In this document: piece after piece, positions 1 to 13,748 of the stretch
Layout of the letters: each line of letters opens with the position of its first letter
How positions within the stretch are numbered: the first letter of the stretch is position 1
NCBI GenBank assembly: GCA_002269645.1
Contig: NIVC01000179.1
Coordinates: 62,001 to 126,000, forward strand
DNA length: 64,000 bases
DNA from: Macrostomum lignano
Taxonomy: Eukaryota
Direction: 5' to 3'
Translations under genes and position numbers: made by a program
Notes under the pieces: model-generated
What the model saw: only the letters and a program-made list of their open reading frames with translations
Databases searched by the model: none
Told to the model about the DNA's origin: nothing

Positions 1-261
1 AGGAGTTCGTGTGTACGAGTAGTGTATGCACTCGAAGACGGTGCATGGTGCCAGCTGGAGTCGCCTGCTAAGGGACTAAAAAAGTTGAGCTTTTTCTTTG
101 GCAGATTTATCTCGAAAATCCCAAATGGGCGGAGGAGCCAGCCAGTGAGCAGTTGCTCCCAATATCTCATCCCAGGTCTCCCCTCATCCCAGTGAATCGC
201 AGCAAATCCTCCAATAATTTTGCAACTTTCTCAGGCTCACAGGCCTTTTCTAACTGGCTGG

Positions 262-1050
262 ATGCATAGCAACTGGGATGTACCATAAACACTGACTGCA
301 TAGCAACTGGGATGCACCATAGATACTGACTGCATAGCAACTGAGATGTACCATAGACACTGACTGCATAGCAACTGGATGCACCATAGATACTGACTGC
401 ATAGCAACTGGGATGCACCATAGACACTGACTGCATAGCAACTGGGATATACCATAGACACTGACGGCATAGCAACTGGGATGTACTATAGATAATGACT
501 GCATAGCAACTGGGATGCACCAGAGATACTGACTGCATAGCAACTGGGATGTACCATAGACACTAACTGCATAGCAACTGGGATGTACCATAAACACTGA
601 CTGCATAGCAACTGGGATGCACCATAGACACTGACTGCATAGCAACTGGGATGCACCATAGACACTGACTGCATAGCAACTGGGATGCACCATAGACACT
701 GACTGCATAGCAACTGGAAAGTACCATAGACACAAACTGCACAGCACCTGGGATGCACCATAGACACTGACTGCATAGCAACTGGGATGCACCATAGACA
801 CTGACTGCATAGCAACTGGGATGTACCATAGATACTGACTGCACAGCAACTGGGATGCACCATAGACACTGACTACATAGCAACTGGGATGCACCATAGA
901 CACTGACTGCATAGCAACTGGGAAGTACCATAGACACTGACTGCATAGCAACAGGCGAAATACCATAGACACTGACTGCATAGCAACAGGGATGCACCAT
1001 AGACACTAACTGCATAGCAACAGGCGAAATACCATAGAGATGCAGACTGC
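262..1050. repeat. 34-bp minisatellite (GCATAGCAACTGGGATGCACCATAGACACTGACT)n
   Basis: Direct reading; ~23 copies. Confidence 0.95.
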
Positions 1051-1584
1051 ATTTCTCCTTCCTCCCTAGAGTCCCATAGATAGCAAAGTGCATGCACACC
1101 CTAATTCTCTTAGCACAGCGCAGCCCAATCTCCAGGCCACATTAACACTAGATGACTCTGCATACGGACGTGATTCTTCCGCTCGGTCACTCCGCCCCCC
1201 CCCCCGATCTTCTACCGAATCGCGGCCCAGATTCCGAAGTTCGAATTCTGAAGCGCGCAACCTGCCAAGTCCATTCTGCCTCGCCGTCACCCCTTAGGCG
1301 CCAGTCTGGGGTTTCCCACCATGGGTCTGCGGGGCTCCCTGCCACTCCACTGGCTCAATCGATTCCCGCAGATTCATCGATTAGACGTCTTCTTCCCGTC
1401 TTGCCAAGCGGGTTAGGGCGATTTCTGCCTGGGAGGCCCAGTTGCATTGGGGAAGAATATGTTGCAAAGTTTTCATAGGAAGATTGCTGAGAAACAGCTG
1501 TGCTGCATAGCGATTCTGCCAAATGTTGAACACTTGCGAGTCTTTCTGTGGCTTGTCGTTTTCTGTAGATCTTGTTCTCTCACT

Positions 1585-2279
1585 CCTCCTGCCATTCTCT
1601 CGCTTCTCCTGCCATTCTCTCGCTTTTCCTGCCATTCTCTCGCTTCTCCTGCCATTCTCTCGCTTCTCCTGTCATTCTCTCCCTTCTCCTGCCATTCTCT
1701 CGCTTCTCCTGTCATTCTCTCCCTTCTCCTGTCATTCTCTCCCTTCTCCTGTCATTCTCTCCCTTCTCCTGTCATTCTCTCCCTTCTCCTGTCATTCTCT
1801 CCCTTCTCCTGTCATTCTCTCCCTTCTCCTGTCATTCTCTCCCTTCTCCTGTCATTCTCTCCCTTCTCCTGCCATTCTCTCGCTTCTCCTGCCATTCTCT
1901 CGCTTCTCCTGCCATTCTCTCGCTTCTCCTGCCATTCTCTCGCTTCTCCTGCCATTCTCTCGCTTCTCCTGTCATTCTCTCCCTTCTCCTGCCATTCTCT
2001 CGCTTCTCCTGTCATTCTCTCCCTTCTCCTGTCATTCTCTCCCTTCTCCTGTCATTCTCTCCCTTCTCCTGTCATTCTCTCCCTTCTCCTGTCATTCTCT
2101 CCCTTCTCCTGTCATTCTCTCCCTTCTCCTGTCATTCTCTCCCTTCTCCTGCCATTCTCTCGCTTCTCCTGCCATTCTCTCGCTTCTCCTGCCATTCTCT
2201 CGCTTCTCCTGCCATTCTCTCGCTTCTCCTGCCATTCTCTCGCTTCTCCTGCCATTCTCTCGCTTCTCCTGCCATTCTC
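1585..2279. repeat. 20-bp pyrimidine-rich minisatellite (CTTCTCCTGYCATTCTCTCS)n with ~300-bp higher-order period
   Basis: Lines at 1681 and 1981 are identical; two monomer variants. Confidence 0.95.
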
Positions 2280-2987
2280 ACTCTCTCTTTCCCTTCTTCC
2301 CTCTCATTCAATCCACTCTTATCTCTCTTCCGCCTGCTAATCCCCTTCCTCTCTCCATCCTACTGAGCTTTCAGCATCAGTTGAGAGCTCCCTCAAACCT
2401 CTTGAAGCCCAGACTCCCTACATGCCGACCTCCCCCCCCCTCAATCTCCATCGCCGAGCTCCTCGGGGGCCGCGCAGGCAGAGAAAGTCTGGGCATTCGA
2501 GAGACCTCAGGCGGCGGCCGGCCATTGTCCGGATCGATGAGGACTGGAAGACTCGCCCCCCATCTATTTATCAATCCTTCAATTCTCGCCCGGACAAAAA
2601 TTCAGTCAGTTAGTTTGCACGGCCGCGGTCTCTAAGTGCCCGCTAAGGTTACCCCTGCCGGGCCCAGTCCAGTGACCCATAGGGATTATTTAGCTTGCTT
2701 TCGGCTTCGGAGGAAGGCAATTGAAGGCAGAAAGTTGAGCGGCGGGGATATGGGAAGCGAGGCGAGAGGGCTGGAGGCTGCAAACGGAGATACAGCGGGC
2801 CGCGGATTAACCGGCCGGCCAGCAGATTGAGTGAGGAAGGGAGCGGGTGAGCTGGGAGATGAAGCTGGGCTCAGAGCTGTCCCTGGAATTGGCTGGAGGC
2901 AGATGAGGGAGACAGCAGGCTGAGGCGATATGTTTAGCGACGTTTGGGTGCTAACCCGGTTACCCCTGCCGCTGTAAAGAGCATGTC

Positions 2988-3380
2988 TATAGATCTAATA
3001 GAGTTAGACTAGATCTGACAGTCTTAGACTAGATCTGCTAGAGTTAGACTAGATCTGATAGAGTAAGACTAGATCTGATAGAGTGCGACTAGATCTGATA
3101 GAGTGCGACTAGATCTGACAGTCTTAGACTAGATCTGCTAGAGTAAGACTAGATCTGATAGAGTGCGACTAGATCTGATAGAGTGCGACTAGATCTGACA
3201 CTCTTAGACTAGATCTGACAGTTTTAGACTAGATCTGATAGAGTAAGACTAGATCTGATAGTGTAAGACTCGATCTGATAGAGTGCGACTAGATCTGACA
3301 CTCTTAGACTAGATCTGATAGAGTGCGACTAGATCTGATAGAGTTAGACTAGATCTGATAGAGTTAAACTACATGTAGAT
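2988..3380. repeat. 20-bp minisatellite (GACTAGATCTGATAGAGTDM)n
   Basis: Direct reading. Confidence 0.95.
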
Positions 3381-3804
3381 CTATACACAGATAACGGTCA
3401 AACTCCCACTAAAAAGCCTACATGTTTTCAGGAAAACTTCAGAGGCCAATTTGAAAAAAGTCCAAACACTTAAAGCAAAGCCCGATGGGACCAAAACGGA
3501 AAGCGGCACTGATGAAGAAGCGATGCTGGACTTGGAGGCCGACATCAAGGATGGAGGGGGTTGGCACCAGCTGCCAAAACGAATGAGCAGCAGTTTTGCT
3601 ATTCTATCTGTGCAAAGTCAGCGGGCAAGCCAACTTTTTTGCTCGTGAAATCCGCCTTGTGATTGAATACTCGTGTTTCACCGCCTGCGAGCTCGGGCAG
3701 ACCAAACAGATCCCACTGAGACGGCAGCGACAGATAAGTGGCCGAGGGGAATTTCGAATGAATCGAGACGTTTGGAATTTGAGAACTTGAAATCGAAAAT
3801 AGAG

Positions 3805-4215
3805 ATGGAATTGGATGAGACGGGATGAGATGAAAGAATAGGAATGAGATGGGATGATTTGGGATGAAAAGGATGAGATGAGATGAGATGGGATGAGATG
3901 AAAGAATAGGAATGAGATGGGATGATTTGGGATGAAATAGGATGAGATGAGATGAGATGTGATCACATAGGATCAGATGGGGTGAAATAGGATGAGATGG
4001 GATGAAATAGGATGAAATGGGATGAGATGGGATGAGATGAAATGAGATGGGATAAGATAGGATGAGATGAGATGACATGGGATCACATGGGATCAGATGG
4101 GATGAAAAAGGATGAGATGGGATGAGATAGGGTGAGATGAGATGAGATGAGATGAGATGGGATTTAATAGGATGAGATTAGATAATGTGGGATGAGATAG
4201 GATGAGCTGGATTGC
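3805..4215. repeat. Degenerate pentamer array (GATGA/GATGG)n
   Basis: Direct reading. Confidence 0.9.
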
Positions 4216-4470
4216 GAGAAAATAGGATGAAATAATATAGGGGAAGGAAGAAATAATACGATTTTATTAAATCCTTTGACTAAGCATCGAATTTTTTAAA
4301 TTAATTTGGATCTACAAACTAGGAAGAACAGAATATTGAATTGAGAACAGAACAGAGTAGATTTAGATGTTTTCAGTTTATTTTTCTACTATCAGTAGCG
4401 TACTGCAGACATGCCGATAGATTTTTAAAGAATCAAATCAAATATATTGAAAAAGGCTAATACAAACTCT

Positions 4471-5011
4471 GTCAGTCAGTCAGTCAGTCAGTCAGTCAGT
4501 CAGTCAGTCAGTCAGTCAGTCAGTCAGTCAGTCAGTCAGTCAGTCAGTCAGTCAGTCAGTCAATGAGTCAGTGAGTGAGTCAGTCAGTCAGTCAGTCAGT
4601 CAGTCAGTCAGTCAGTCAGTCAGTGAGTCAGTCAGTCAGTCATTCATTCAGTCAGTCAGTCAGTCAGTCAGTCAGTGAGTCAGTCAGTCAGTCAGTCAGT
4701 CAGTCAGTCAGTGAGTCAGTCAGTCAGTGAGTCAGTCAGTCAGTGAGTCAGTCAGTCAGTGAGTCAGTCAGTGAGTCAGTGAGTCAGTCAGTCAGTCAGT
4801 CAGTCAGTCAGTCAGTCAGTCAGTCAGTCAGTCAGTCAGTCAGTCAGTCAGTCAGTCAGTCAGTCAGTCAGTCAGTCAGTCAGTCAGTCAGTCAGTCAGT
4901 CAGTCAGTCAGTCAGTCAGTCAGTCAGTCAGTCAGTCAGTCAGTCAGTCAGTCAGTCAGTGAGTCAGTCAGTCAGTCAGTCAGTCAGTCAGTCAGTCAGT
5001 CAGTCAGTCAG
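4471..5011. repeat. (GTCA)n microsatellite
   Basis: Direct reading; occasional GTGA variants. Confidence 0.97.
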
Positions 5012-6065
5012 TGGGGGTATCGAGGTCCCATGGCGAGGTCAGAGAGGAGGGCAACTTAATTGGCCGAGAGTGCCTCTCGAATCGAGAGCAGTTAGCTGGG
5101 GGACCGATGAGGGCACCCCCCAGCTGCAGTCGCAATTTTTTGTCGAAGGCAGCGGAAAAGACAGAAAAGGCAGAGAGATGAAGGAAAGGCAGAGCCTGGG
5201 GCGGCAGAGATTTCCCAGTGTAAAGTGACCGCTGCGGAGGTACAGAGGAAAGAAGAGCAGAGCAGCGGGGAGTTCGCGTAGACAGGAGGGAATCTGGATG
5301 GAGACTCAAAGTTTGAACTCCACGCCGAAAGGGGAGAAGTGGGAGAAGGCGTGTGGGAAGATAGTGGAATTTTGGGATACGGTGAGACGAAGAAGCGGTT
5401 TGGGGAGGCGGCTGGCGCTTCAAATTCTCCCGGGCAGGAGGAGAAAAGTCTTTGACATTTTGGGAGGCCTGCGTCCCTTGGGAAGTGACGCTGCGCTGTG
5501 TAAATGCGCCGAGAGCGAGAGAGGGCGGAGAGAGGTGAAGTAAGAAGGACAGTTGTGATGGGGCCTGTAAGCGCTGGATGGGAAACTTAAAGTGCTGGGA
5601 AAAGCAGAAAAAAAGAAGAATGAAGAGACTGGTAGACTGGGGTTCCTCCCTGGATAAGTGTGTAATTTTTTTAACTTTTACCTGTAAAGTTTACCGGAGC
5701 CGTCTACCGGACTGAGGCCGCTCACTCACCTGCTCTGTAGTTCGGTCCGGTTAGCCTGCACGCACGGCGGTTGGTCTGACTGAATTCACCAGTTCTGCAT
5801 AGCCGTCTGTCAGCTTCAAACCCGCTGTAGCTGAAATATAGGGGGGGGGGTTGGGGGGCAGTAAGCAGCGAATGGGAAGCGAAGGCAGACGATTTGGGAC
5901 TTGGGAAGACAGGGCAGGGAGACGTCAGCACCTCTTGGCAGTAGCTTTGGCTTACCGAAACGCTTGGAACAGTTAATGCTGCTGAAAACTACTAGTTAAC
6001 TGCTGAGAGATTTGTTGCACTTTGTTGTTGTTTGCTGCACTTTGATAAAACTAGGTGGCTGCATG

Positions 6066-6972
6066 TGACACTGAGGTATCACTGAGGCACAGTTTGTGGC
6101 ACTGAGGCATCATTGAGGCACAGTTTGTGGCACTGAGGCATCATTGAGGCACAGTTTGTGGCACTGAGGCATCACTGAGGCACAGTTTGTGGCACTGAGG
6201 CATCACTGAGGCACAGTTTGTGACACTGAGGCATCATTGAGGCACAGTTTGTGGCACTGAGGCATCATTGAGGCACAGTTTGTGGCACTGAGGCATCATT
6301 GAGGCATAATTTGTGGCACTGAGGCATCATTGAGGCATAATTTGTGGCACTGAGGCATCACTGAGGCATAATTTGTGGCACTGAGGCATCACTGAGGCAT
6401 AATTTGTGGCACTGAGGCATCACTGAGGCATAATTTGTGGCACTGAGGCATCACTGAGGCATAATTTGTGGCACTGAGGCATCATTGAGGCACAGTTTGT
6501 GGCACCGAGGCATCACTGAGGCACAGTTTGTGGCACTGAGGCATCATTGAGGCACAGTTTGTGGCACTGAGGCATCATTGAGGCACAGTTTGTGGCACTG
6601 AGGCATCATTGAGGCACAGTTTGTGGCACTGAGGCATCACTGAGGCACAGTTTGTGGCACTGAGGCATCGATGAGGCACAGTTTGTGGCACTGAGGCATC
6701 ACTGAGGCACAGTTTGTGGCACTGAGGCATCACTGAGGCACAGTTTGTGGCCCTGAGGCATCGATGAGGCACAGTTTGTGGCACTGAGGCATCGATGAGG
6801 CACAGTTTGTGGCACTGAGGCATCGATGAGGCACAGTTTGTGGCACTGAGGCATCATTGAGGCACAGTTTGTGGCACTGAGGCACAGTTTGTGGCACTGA
6901 GGCATCGATGAGGCACAGTTTGTGGCACTGAGGCATCATTGAGGCACAGTTTGTGGCACTGAGGCATCATTG
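6066..6972. repeat. 31-bp minisatellite (GAGGCACAGTTTGTGGCACTGAGGCATCAYT)n
   Basis: Direct reading; blocks of variant monomers. Confidence 0.95.
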
Positions 6973-7684
6973 AGTTACAACGCGCGAGCATTCCTGCATG
7001 GCCTGCATGAGTGGCCTGCTTAACAAGCCACTCAACCCACTTGACCTCCAGCCCTACAAACTTTCTCTTTCTTTTTCCGCATTCAGCTTCGCCTCATATT
7101 TTCTCTCTTGTGCGAAGCCTCTTCAAAATAGTTCCCTGCTTGTGTCCCCCGCCCGAGGCCAGGATTCGGGGGTCCGGCTCTCGCTTACTGCACTGCCTGT
7201 GACATGCCCAGCAGCTCCTGCTCAGTGCCCCGTAGCACTGCTCTATCTTTCGTGCATCGAATAAAAAAGTGCTCGACCCCTGCAGTCTTAATGGACAAGT
7301 CCAGTTCGCCGTTGCTGCCCCGTTCCTTTCACAAGACACGCAGGAAGCACTCCGAAAAGCTTAAAAGAGACGACTGCGCTGGGTCGATGACGGTCGGAGC
7401 TGCCCTCCCTGCAGCCACAGGAGCTCGGGAGATGCCCAGTTGTGCAATCTCGAAGATACTCGGACAGAGATGAAGAGAAATTTGGGGAGTCTGCTTGCTG
7501 CTTCTTTATCTGCTTCTTTTACTGCTTCTTTTTCAGAAAGCAGAAAGATCTGCTTCTTTTTACCTGCCTTTGCGGTCTCCCGCTTTGGCACGGCACGCAC
7601 GGACTGCATCTGCCATTGCCTGATTTTTGGGCCTCTGGTCCCCCTGAGCAGCTTCTTTATCCGCATTATCTCAGTGCAATGAAA

Positions 7685-9312
7685 CTCAGTCACAACTACT
7701 CAGTCACTCTCAGCTACTCAGTCACTCTCAGCTACTCAGTCACTCTCAACTAATCAGTCACTCTTAACTAATCAGTCACTCTCAGCTACTCCGTCACTCT
7801 CAACTAATGAGTCACTCTCAACTAATCAGTCACTCTCAGCTACTCAGTCAATCTCAGCAACTCAGTCACTCTCAGCTAATCAGTCACTCTCAACTAATCA
7901 GTCACTCTCAGCTACTCAGTCAATCTCAGCAACTCAGTCACTCTCAGCTAATCAGTCACTCTCAACTAATCAGTCACTCTCAGCTAATCAGTCAATCTCA
8001 GCAACTCAGTCACTCTCAGCTAATCAGTCACTCTCAACTAATCAGTCACTCTCAGCTAATCAGTCACTCTCAGCTACTCAGTCACTCTCAGCTACTCAGT
8101 CATTCTCAGCTACTCAGTCACTCTCAGCTATCAGTCACTCTCAAATTCTCAGTCACTCTCAGCTACTCAGTCACTCACAACTAATGAGTCACTCTCAGCT
8201 AATCAGTCACTCTCAACTAATCAGTCACTCTCAGCTAATCAGTCAATCTCAGCAACTCAGTCACTCTCAGCTAATCAGTCACTCTCAACTAATCAGTCAC
8301 TCTCAGCTAATCAGTCACTCTCAGCTACTCAGTCACTCTCAGCTACTCAGTCATTCTCAGCTACTCAGTCACTCTCAGCTATCAGTCACTCTCAAATTCT
8401 CAGTCACTCTCAGCTACTCAGTCACTCACAACTAATGAGTCACTCTCAGCTATCAGTCACTCTCAACTAATCAGTCACTCTCAGCTACTCAGTCACTCTC
8501 AGCTAATCAGTCACTCTCAACTAATCAGTCACTCTCAGCTAATCAGTCACTCTCAACTAATCAGTCACTCTCAGCTACTCAGTCACTCTCAACTAATCAG
8601 TCATTCTCAACTAATGAGTCACTCGCAAGTAATCAGTCACTCTCAGCTACTCAGTCACTCTCAGCTACTTAGTCACTCTCAACTAATCAGTCACTCTCAA
8701 CTAATCAGTCACTCTTAACTTATCAGTCACTCTCAACTAATGAGTCACTCTCAACTAATGAGTCACTCTCAGCTAATCAGTCACTCTCAACTAATCAGTC
8801 ACTCTTAGCTAATCAGTCACTCTCAGCTACTCAGTCACTCTCAGCTAATCAGTCACTCTCAACTAATCAGTCACTCTCAGCTAATCAGTCACTCTCAACT
8901 AATCAGTCATTCTCAACTAATCAGTCACTCTCAGCTAATCAGTCACTCTCAGCTAATGAGTCACTCTCAACTAATCAGTCACTCTCAGCTACTCAGTCAC
9001 TCTCAGCTACTCAGTCACTCTCAACTAATCAGTCACTCTCAGCTACTCAGTCACTCTTAACTAATCAGTCATTCTCAACTAATCAGTCACTCTCAACTAA
9101 TCAGTCACTCTGAGCTAATCAGTCACTCTCAACTAATCAGTCACTCTCAACTAATCAGTCACTCTCAACTAATCAGTCACTCTCAACTACTCAGTCACTC
9201 TCAGCTACTCAGTCACTCTCAGCTACTCAGTCACTCTCAGCTAATCAGTCACTATCAGCTAATCAGCCACTCTTAGCTACTCAGTCAGTCAGCCACTCAG
9301 TCAGTCAGCCAC
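7685..9312. repeat. 18-bp minisatellite (CAGTCACTCTCARCTAMT)n
   Basis: Direct reading; ~250-bp internal duplication between 7.9 and 8.4 kb. Confidence 0.95.
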
Positions 9313-10199
9313 TCTTATTCGCTGTCAATTAATTAACCGTCACGGGCTAGAAAAACAAAAAAGTGCAATTAAAAAGCCACCTGCCCCACTCCGTCAACCC
9401 GCTATGTATTTTAACCATTTTCACCCAGCCTTTTGTGCAGATGTACGCACAGGCAAGCGAGTGGTAATTAATTATAGATCAAGTTGAAAAAAATCCTCAG
9501 CAAAAGTACACTGGCTTTGAGAGGAGCGGAGAGTTTTGCTCGGGAAAAAAGCAGGCCAGAGAAAATAGATTATCGATCTCTAATAATCTCTGCAAGTCTT
9601 TCCTAAGGAAGAAATTCTAGAAGCTTAGAACTGTCAATCAATTATTTTTCTCAAGATCAACAAGTCAGGTGAGTACGGAACAGGCTCTCAGCCGTGCAAA
9701 GGCATAGAAACACAAGTAATATAAAATCGCGGCCAGCGGAAGAAACGATTTTGATACAAAACTGAGATTCAACGGATTTGTAACAAATCGATAAAATAGT
9801 CTCTAAGGAGGAGAGTCAATAGGGTGATTGATGCGGTACAACACCAGGCAAAAACAACAGTCGCAGGCTTAGAGTGCGGTTTTAGACCGAATGAAAGCGG
9901 GCTGAACTGAGGCTACTGTTGGCATGGCAACCAACTGCAGGCTGGCGGCTCCGCCCCGGCCCGGCCCGGCCCAGCAGTAGGACCCAGGCGCGAAGCCGAA
10001 CGGTGTCTTCTGTAATAAGAGGCAAAAAATTTAAGCATAACATAAGCTACAGGATTTTTTTCGTTGCCGGGGGCTAGCCGATTAGCCATGGAATGCAGGC
10101 TATTTAATTAGAAAGTGAATTTGTTAATTGATCAAATAGTGTGACTGTGAGCTCATTCTGTACATAATACAGACTTGAAATACATATATGTAGAAAGAG

Positions 10200-10345
10200 A
10201 GGCTGAGAGCTCAACAGGGGACTGGGGCAGAGAGATAAGATTGAGAGCCAATCAAAATAAGCAATAAGGAGAGAGAGAGAGAGAGAGAGAGAGTGCTCGA
10301 CTGGGGCAGAGAGATAGGATTGAGAGCCAATCAGAATAAGCAATA

Positions 10346-10406
<61 letters not shown>

Positions 10407-10520
10407 CTCGACTGAGGCAGAGAGATAGGATTGAGAGCCAATCAGAATAAGCGATAAAGACAGAGAGGGAGAGATGGATTGCTCGACTGGGGCAGAGAAA
10501 TAAGATTGAGATCCAATCAA
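10200..10520. repeat. Compound repeat: ~55-bp unit containing CCAATC plus variable (GA)n
   Basis: GACTGGGGCAGAGAGATARGATTGAGAGCCAATCA occurs 3-4 times, separated by GA tracts. Confidence 0.85.
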
Positions 10521-11737
10521 GAGAGAGGCGAAGAAGGCGGATAAGGATAGAAGGAGAGGCGGAGTGTTCGACTTAGTACCTAATAAGCCTACAGCATGCT
10601 TAGAGCATGCACGCATCTAGCAGTGCATACCTACTGTCCTCGCTTCCCTGCAACTCAATCGACCCATAAGCCACTGAAGTACAATTCATTCTGTGTTTGA
10701 AGATTACACCAAAGATGTGGCTATACTATAACAATTTTTGTGTCAAAAGCGATCTACAGGTGCGTTTGTTAATTTAAAAACAAAATTAGTAAAAGCACAC
10801 ACGGATTTCTGCATTAGGGCCCGCCATTTTTAAGATTAAAAATTCGAAACACGAATCCCAACTGATCAATCGCACTGATTAGGTGTTGATTTTAATCTCG
10901 CAATTGCTGGCTCTTGTGAGAGAGGTGCTGCAATCCAGCTGCAAGTGCGCACTAGCGATTACTAGCTAGTGGTATTTAAGACATCGGTCTCAAAAGGCTT
11001 ACTCAAAGGTCACAGCAGCCGGCTGTGCCCATCTCCAATGAGCGGCAGCTGCAACAGGCGGATTTCTGTTTTACGTAATTGCGAAATTGGGATAAATTCT
11101 TACAGCATTAGTAGGACTCTGCTAGGGCACGCATGTTACCGCTTAGCTGCCCTGCCTACTCAGTGCACAAAGGCATTAGCAGCACATTAGTACAAAATTT
11201 GAACACAAGTTCGACATCAATAGGACGCCAGTAGACACAAACGGTATACATCTAGTACACGAACTATCGTGCAAGCAAATCGGCAGCTGAATACAATTAG
11301 TACAGGTGGATAGTACATGCAGAACAAAAGTACACAAGAAATACACCAATAACGCTTTCAAACAACTAAACTAACAAGTTCACAATTAGTAAAGGATCGC
11401 TAGTACATTAATAACTACCGCACGGAATAAGCACTGAAATTATAAGCTAAGTACTGTATGCCATGTAAGGATAATCTGGGAGTCAAATTTTGAAAACTCT
11501 CAATGTTGTTCCTACTCATTATCGCCCCAAGGACTCACCCGATTCGGCCTCGATCGCTCAGCCGTCGCGAACTCCGCCGGTTGCTCCGTCAGTGCAGCAG
11601 CTGCCGAGCTCCGCTGCCCGGTGGTGCCCTGAGCCGGCCAGGGCCCGCCGATACTCGCGCGGCTCTTCTGACTCTGGCCGGACCTGCCGTTGCTGTCGGA
11701 CCTACCGCGGTGTCTCCGCTGCTTATCAACTAGAAAC

Positions 11738-12871
11738 CCGCCACCCCACAGCACCCGCCACCCAACTGCACCCGCCACCCAACCGCACCCGCCACCCAAC
11801 AGCACCCGCCACTCAACCGCCCCGCCACTCAACAACACCCGCCACCGAACCGCACCCGCCACGCAACAGCACCCGCCACCCCACAGCACCCGCCACCCCA
11901 CAGCACCCGCCACCCAACAGCACCCGCCACCCCACAGCACCCGCCACCTCACAGCACCCACCACCGAACCGCACCCGCCACGCAACAGCACCCGCCACCC
12001 CACAGCACAGGCACCCAACCGCACCCGTCACCCACAGCACCCGCCACCCAACCGCACCCGCCACCCAACCGCACCCGTCACCCACAGCACCCGCCACCCA
12101 ACCGCACCCGCCACCCATAGCACCCGCAACCCACAGCACCCGCCACTCAACCGCCCCGCCACCCAACAACACCCGCCACCCAACAGCACCCGCCACCCAA
12201 CAGCACCCGCCACCTCACATCACCCGCCACCGAACCGCACCCGCCACGCAAGAGCACCCGCCACCCAACCGCACCCGTCACCCACAGCACCCGCCACCCA
12301 ACCGCACCCGCCACCCAACCGCACCCGTCACCCACAGCACCCGCCACCCAACCGCACCCGCCACCCAACGGCACCCGCCACCCCACAGCACCCACCACCC
12401 CACAGTCCCACCACCCCACAGTCCCACCACTCCACAGCACCCACCACCCCACAGCACCCACCACTCACAGTCCCACCACCCCACAGTCCCACCACCCCAC
12501 AGCACCCACCACCCCACAGTCCCACCACCCCACAGCACCCACCACCCCACAGTCCCACCACTCCACGGCACCCACCACCCACAGTCCCACCACCCCACAG
12601 TCCCACCACCCCACAGTCCCACCACCCCACAGTCCCACCACCCCACAGCACCCACCACCCCACAGTCCCACCACTCCACAGCACCCGCCACCCCACAGCA
12701 CCCACCACCCACAGTCCCACCACCCCACAGTCCCACCACCCCACAGCACCCACCACCCCACAGTCCCACCACCCCACGGCACCCACCACCCCACAGTCCC
12801 ACCACTCCACAGCACCCGCCACCCCACAGCACCCACCACCCACAGTCCCACCACCCCACAGCACCCGCCAC
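11738..12871. repeat. C/A-rich minisatellite (CACCCGCCACCCMACAG…, changing to CCCACCACCCCACAGT)
   Basis: Direct reading; source of the 536/430 aa false ORFs. Confidence 0.93.
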
Positions 12872-12910
12872 CTCGAAGCTATGCAATGCAAGGAACCCCC
12901 AAGCGGTCAC

Positions 12911-13171
12911 TCACTGCCTGCGATCCCGCAGCAGATGCTTGGATGGCGGAAGTCCGGCTGCGTGGAAAGGCCTGGCCGCTGAAGCCATCCGCTGCGCCAT
13001 GAAATCCAGCTCCCGGTCTCGGTCAGACTCCGCGGCCGCTGGCGCCAACTTCGCCTCCGCCGATGGCCCCGGCGCTCCGGCTGACGGGTCCTCCTGCTGA
13101 GAGTCGAGCAGCCGACGAAGCCGACGCTGCAACTCGTCCAGAGATGCCAGAGTGCCAGCTGTGGCCGGATT
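12911..13171 (-). CDS. AGBL2: CCP gene last coding exon of the long 3' form ([22 protein letters not shown]…)
   Basis: Acceptor gtccag in phase 0. Ends either at TGA 12911 or at the overlapping CA|gtgagt donor; splicing to the ttctag acceptor at 11730 would give an immediate stop. Confidence 0.65.
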   Translation of the reverse strand, partial: NPATAGTLASLDELQRRLRRLLDSQQEDPSAGAPGPSAEAKLAPAAAESDRDRELDFMAQRMASAARPFHAAGLPPSKHLLRDRRQ

Positions 13172-13684
13172 CTGGACCGTGGGGAACCAGAGATAGTTGA
13201 AGAATAATCCACGGGCTCAGTTTTTTCAAACAAGTATTTTTGTCATTATTTAAACTCTTCTGGATCACTTTTAGCATTCTGGTCACTTTTTCTTAGCAAA
13301 TCTGTTGTCATTCAGGTCACTCTATTGTCGTTCTGGTCACTCTGCTGACCTCTGGTCACTCTGTTGTCATTCTGGTCTTTCTGTTGTCACTCTGGTCTTT
13401 CTGTTGTCATTCTGGTCACTCTATTGTCATTCTGGTCACTCTATTGTCATTCTGGTCACTCTATTGTCATTCTGGTCACTCTATTGTCATTCTGGTCACT
13501 CTATTGTCATTCTGGTCACTCTATTGTCATTCTGGTCACTCTATTGTCATTCTGGTCACTCTATTGTCATTCTGGTCACTCTATAATCATTCTGGTCACT
13601 CTATCGTCATTCTCGTCACTCAATTGCTTGGTCACTCAGGTCATCCTTACTCCTTCGTTAGTATTTAACTACAACTAAATTACG

Positions 13685-13748
<64 letters not shown>

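Noticed and set aside
167-262. Minus-strand peptide SQLEKACEPEKVAKLLEDLLRFTGMRGDLG*, reminiscent of a LINE ORF end or a terminal exon
   Set aside because: Too short, with no adjoining diagnostic motif; cannot be assigned.
7361-7693. 110-aa basic ORF, plus the exon-like segment at 5730-5832
   Set aside because: No recognisable homology and no consistent phase chain could be built.
5-9312. Regularly spaced direct repeats that might suggest CRISPR arrays
   Set aside because: No unique spacers, no cas genes, and a eukaryotic intron-containing context.
11512-11729. GC-rich minus-strand exon candidate with a downstream gtgagt donor
   Set aside because: Its long open frame is out of phase with the upstream phase-2 donor; possibly UTR or an alternative exon, not supportable as CDS.
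11490-13100. Pro/His/Thr-rich ORFs of 536 and 430 aa (extensin-like)
   Set aside because: Translation of the C/A-rich minisatellite, overlapping a minus-strand exon.
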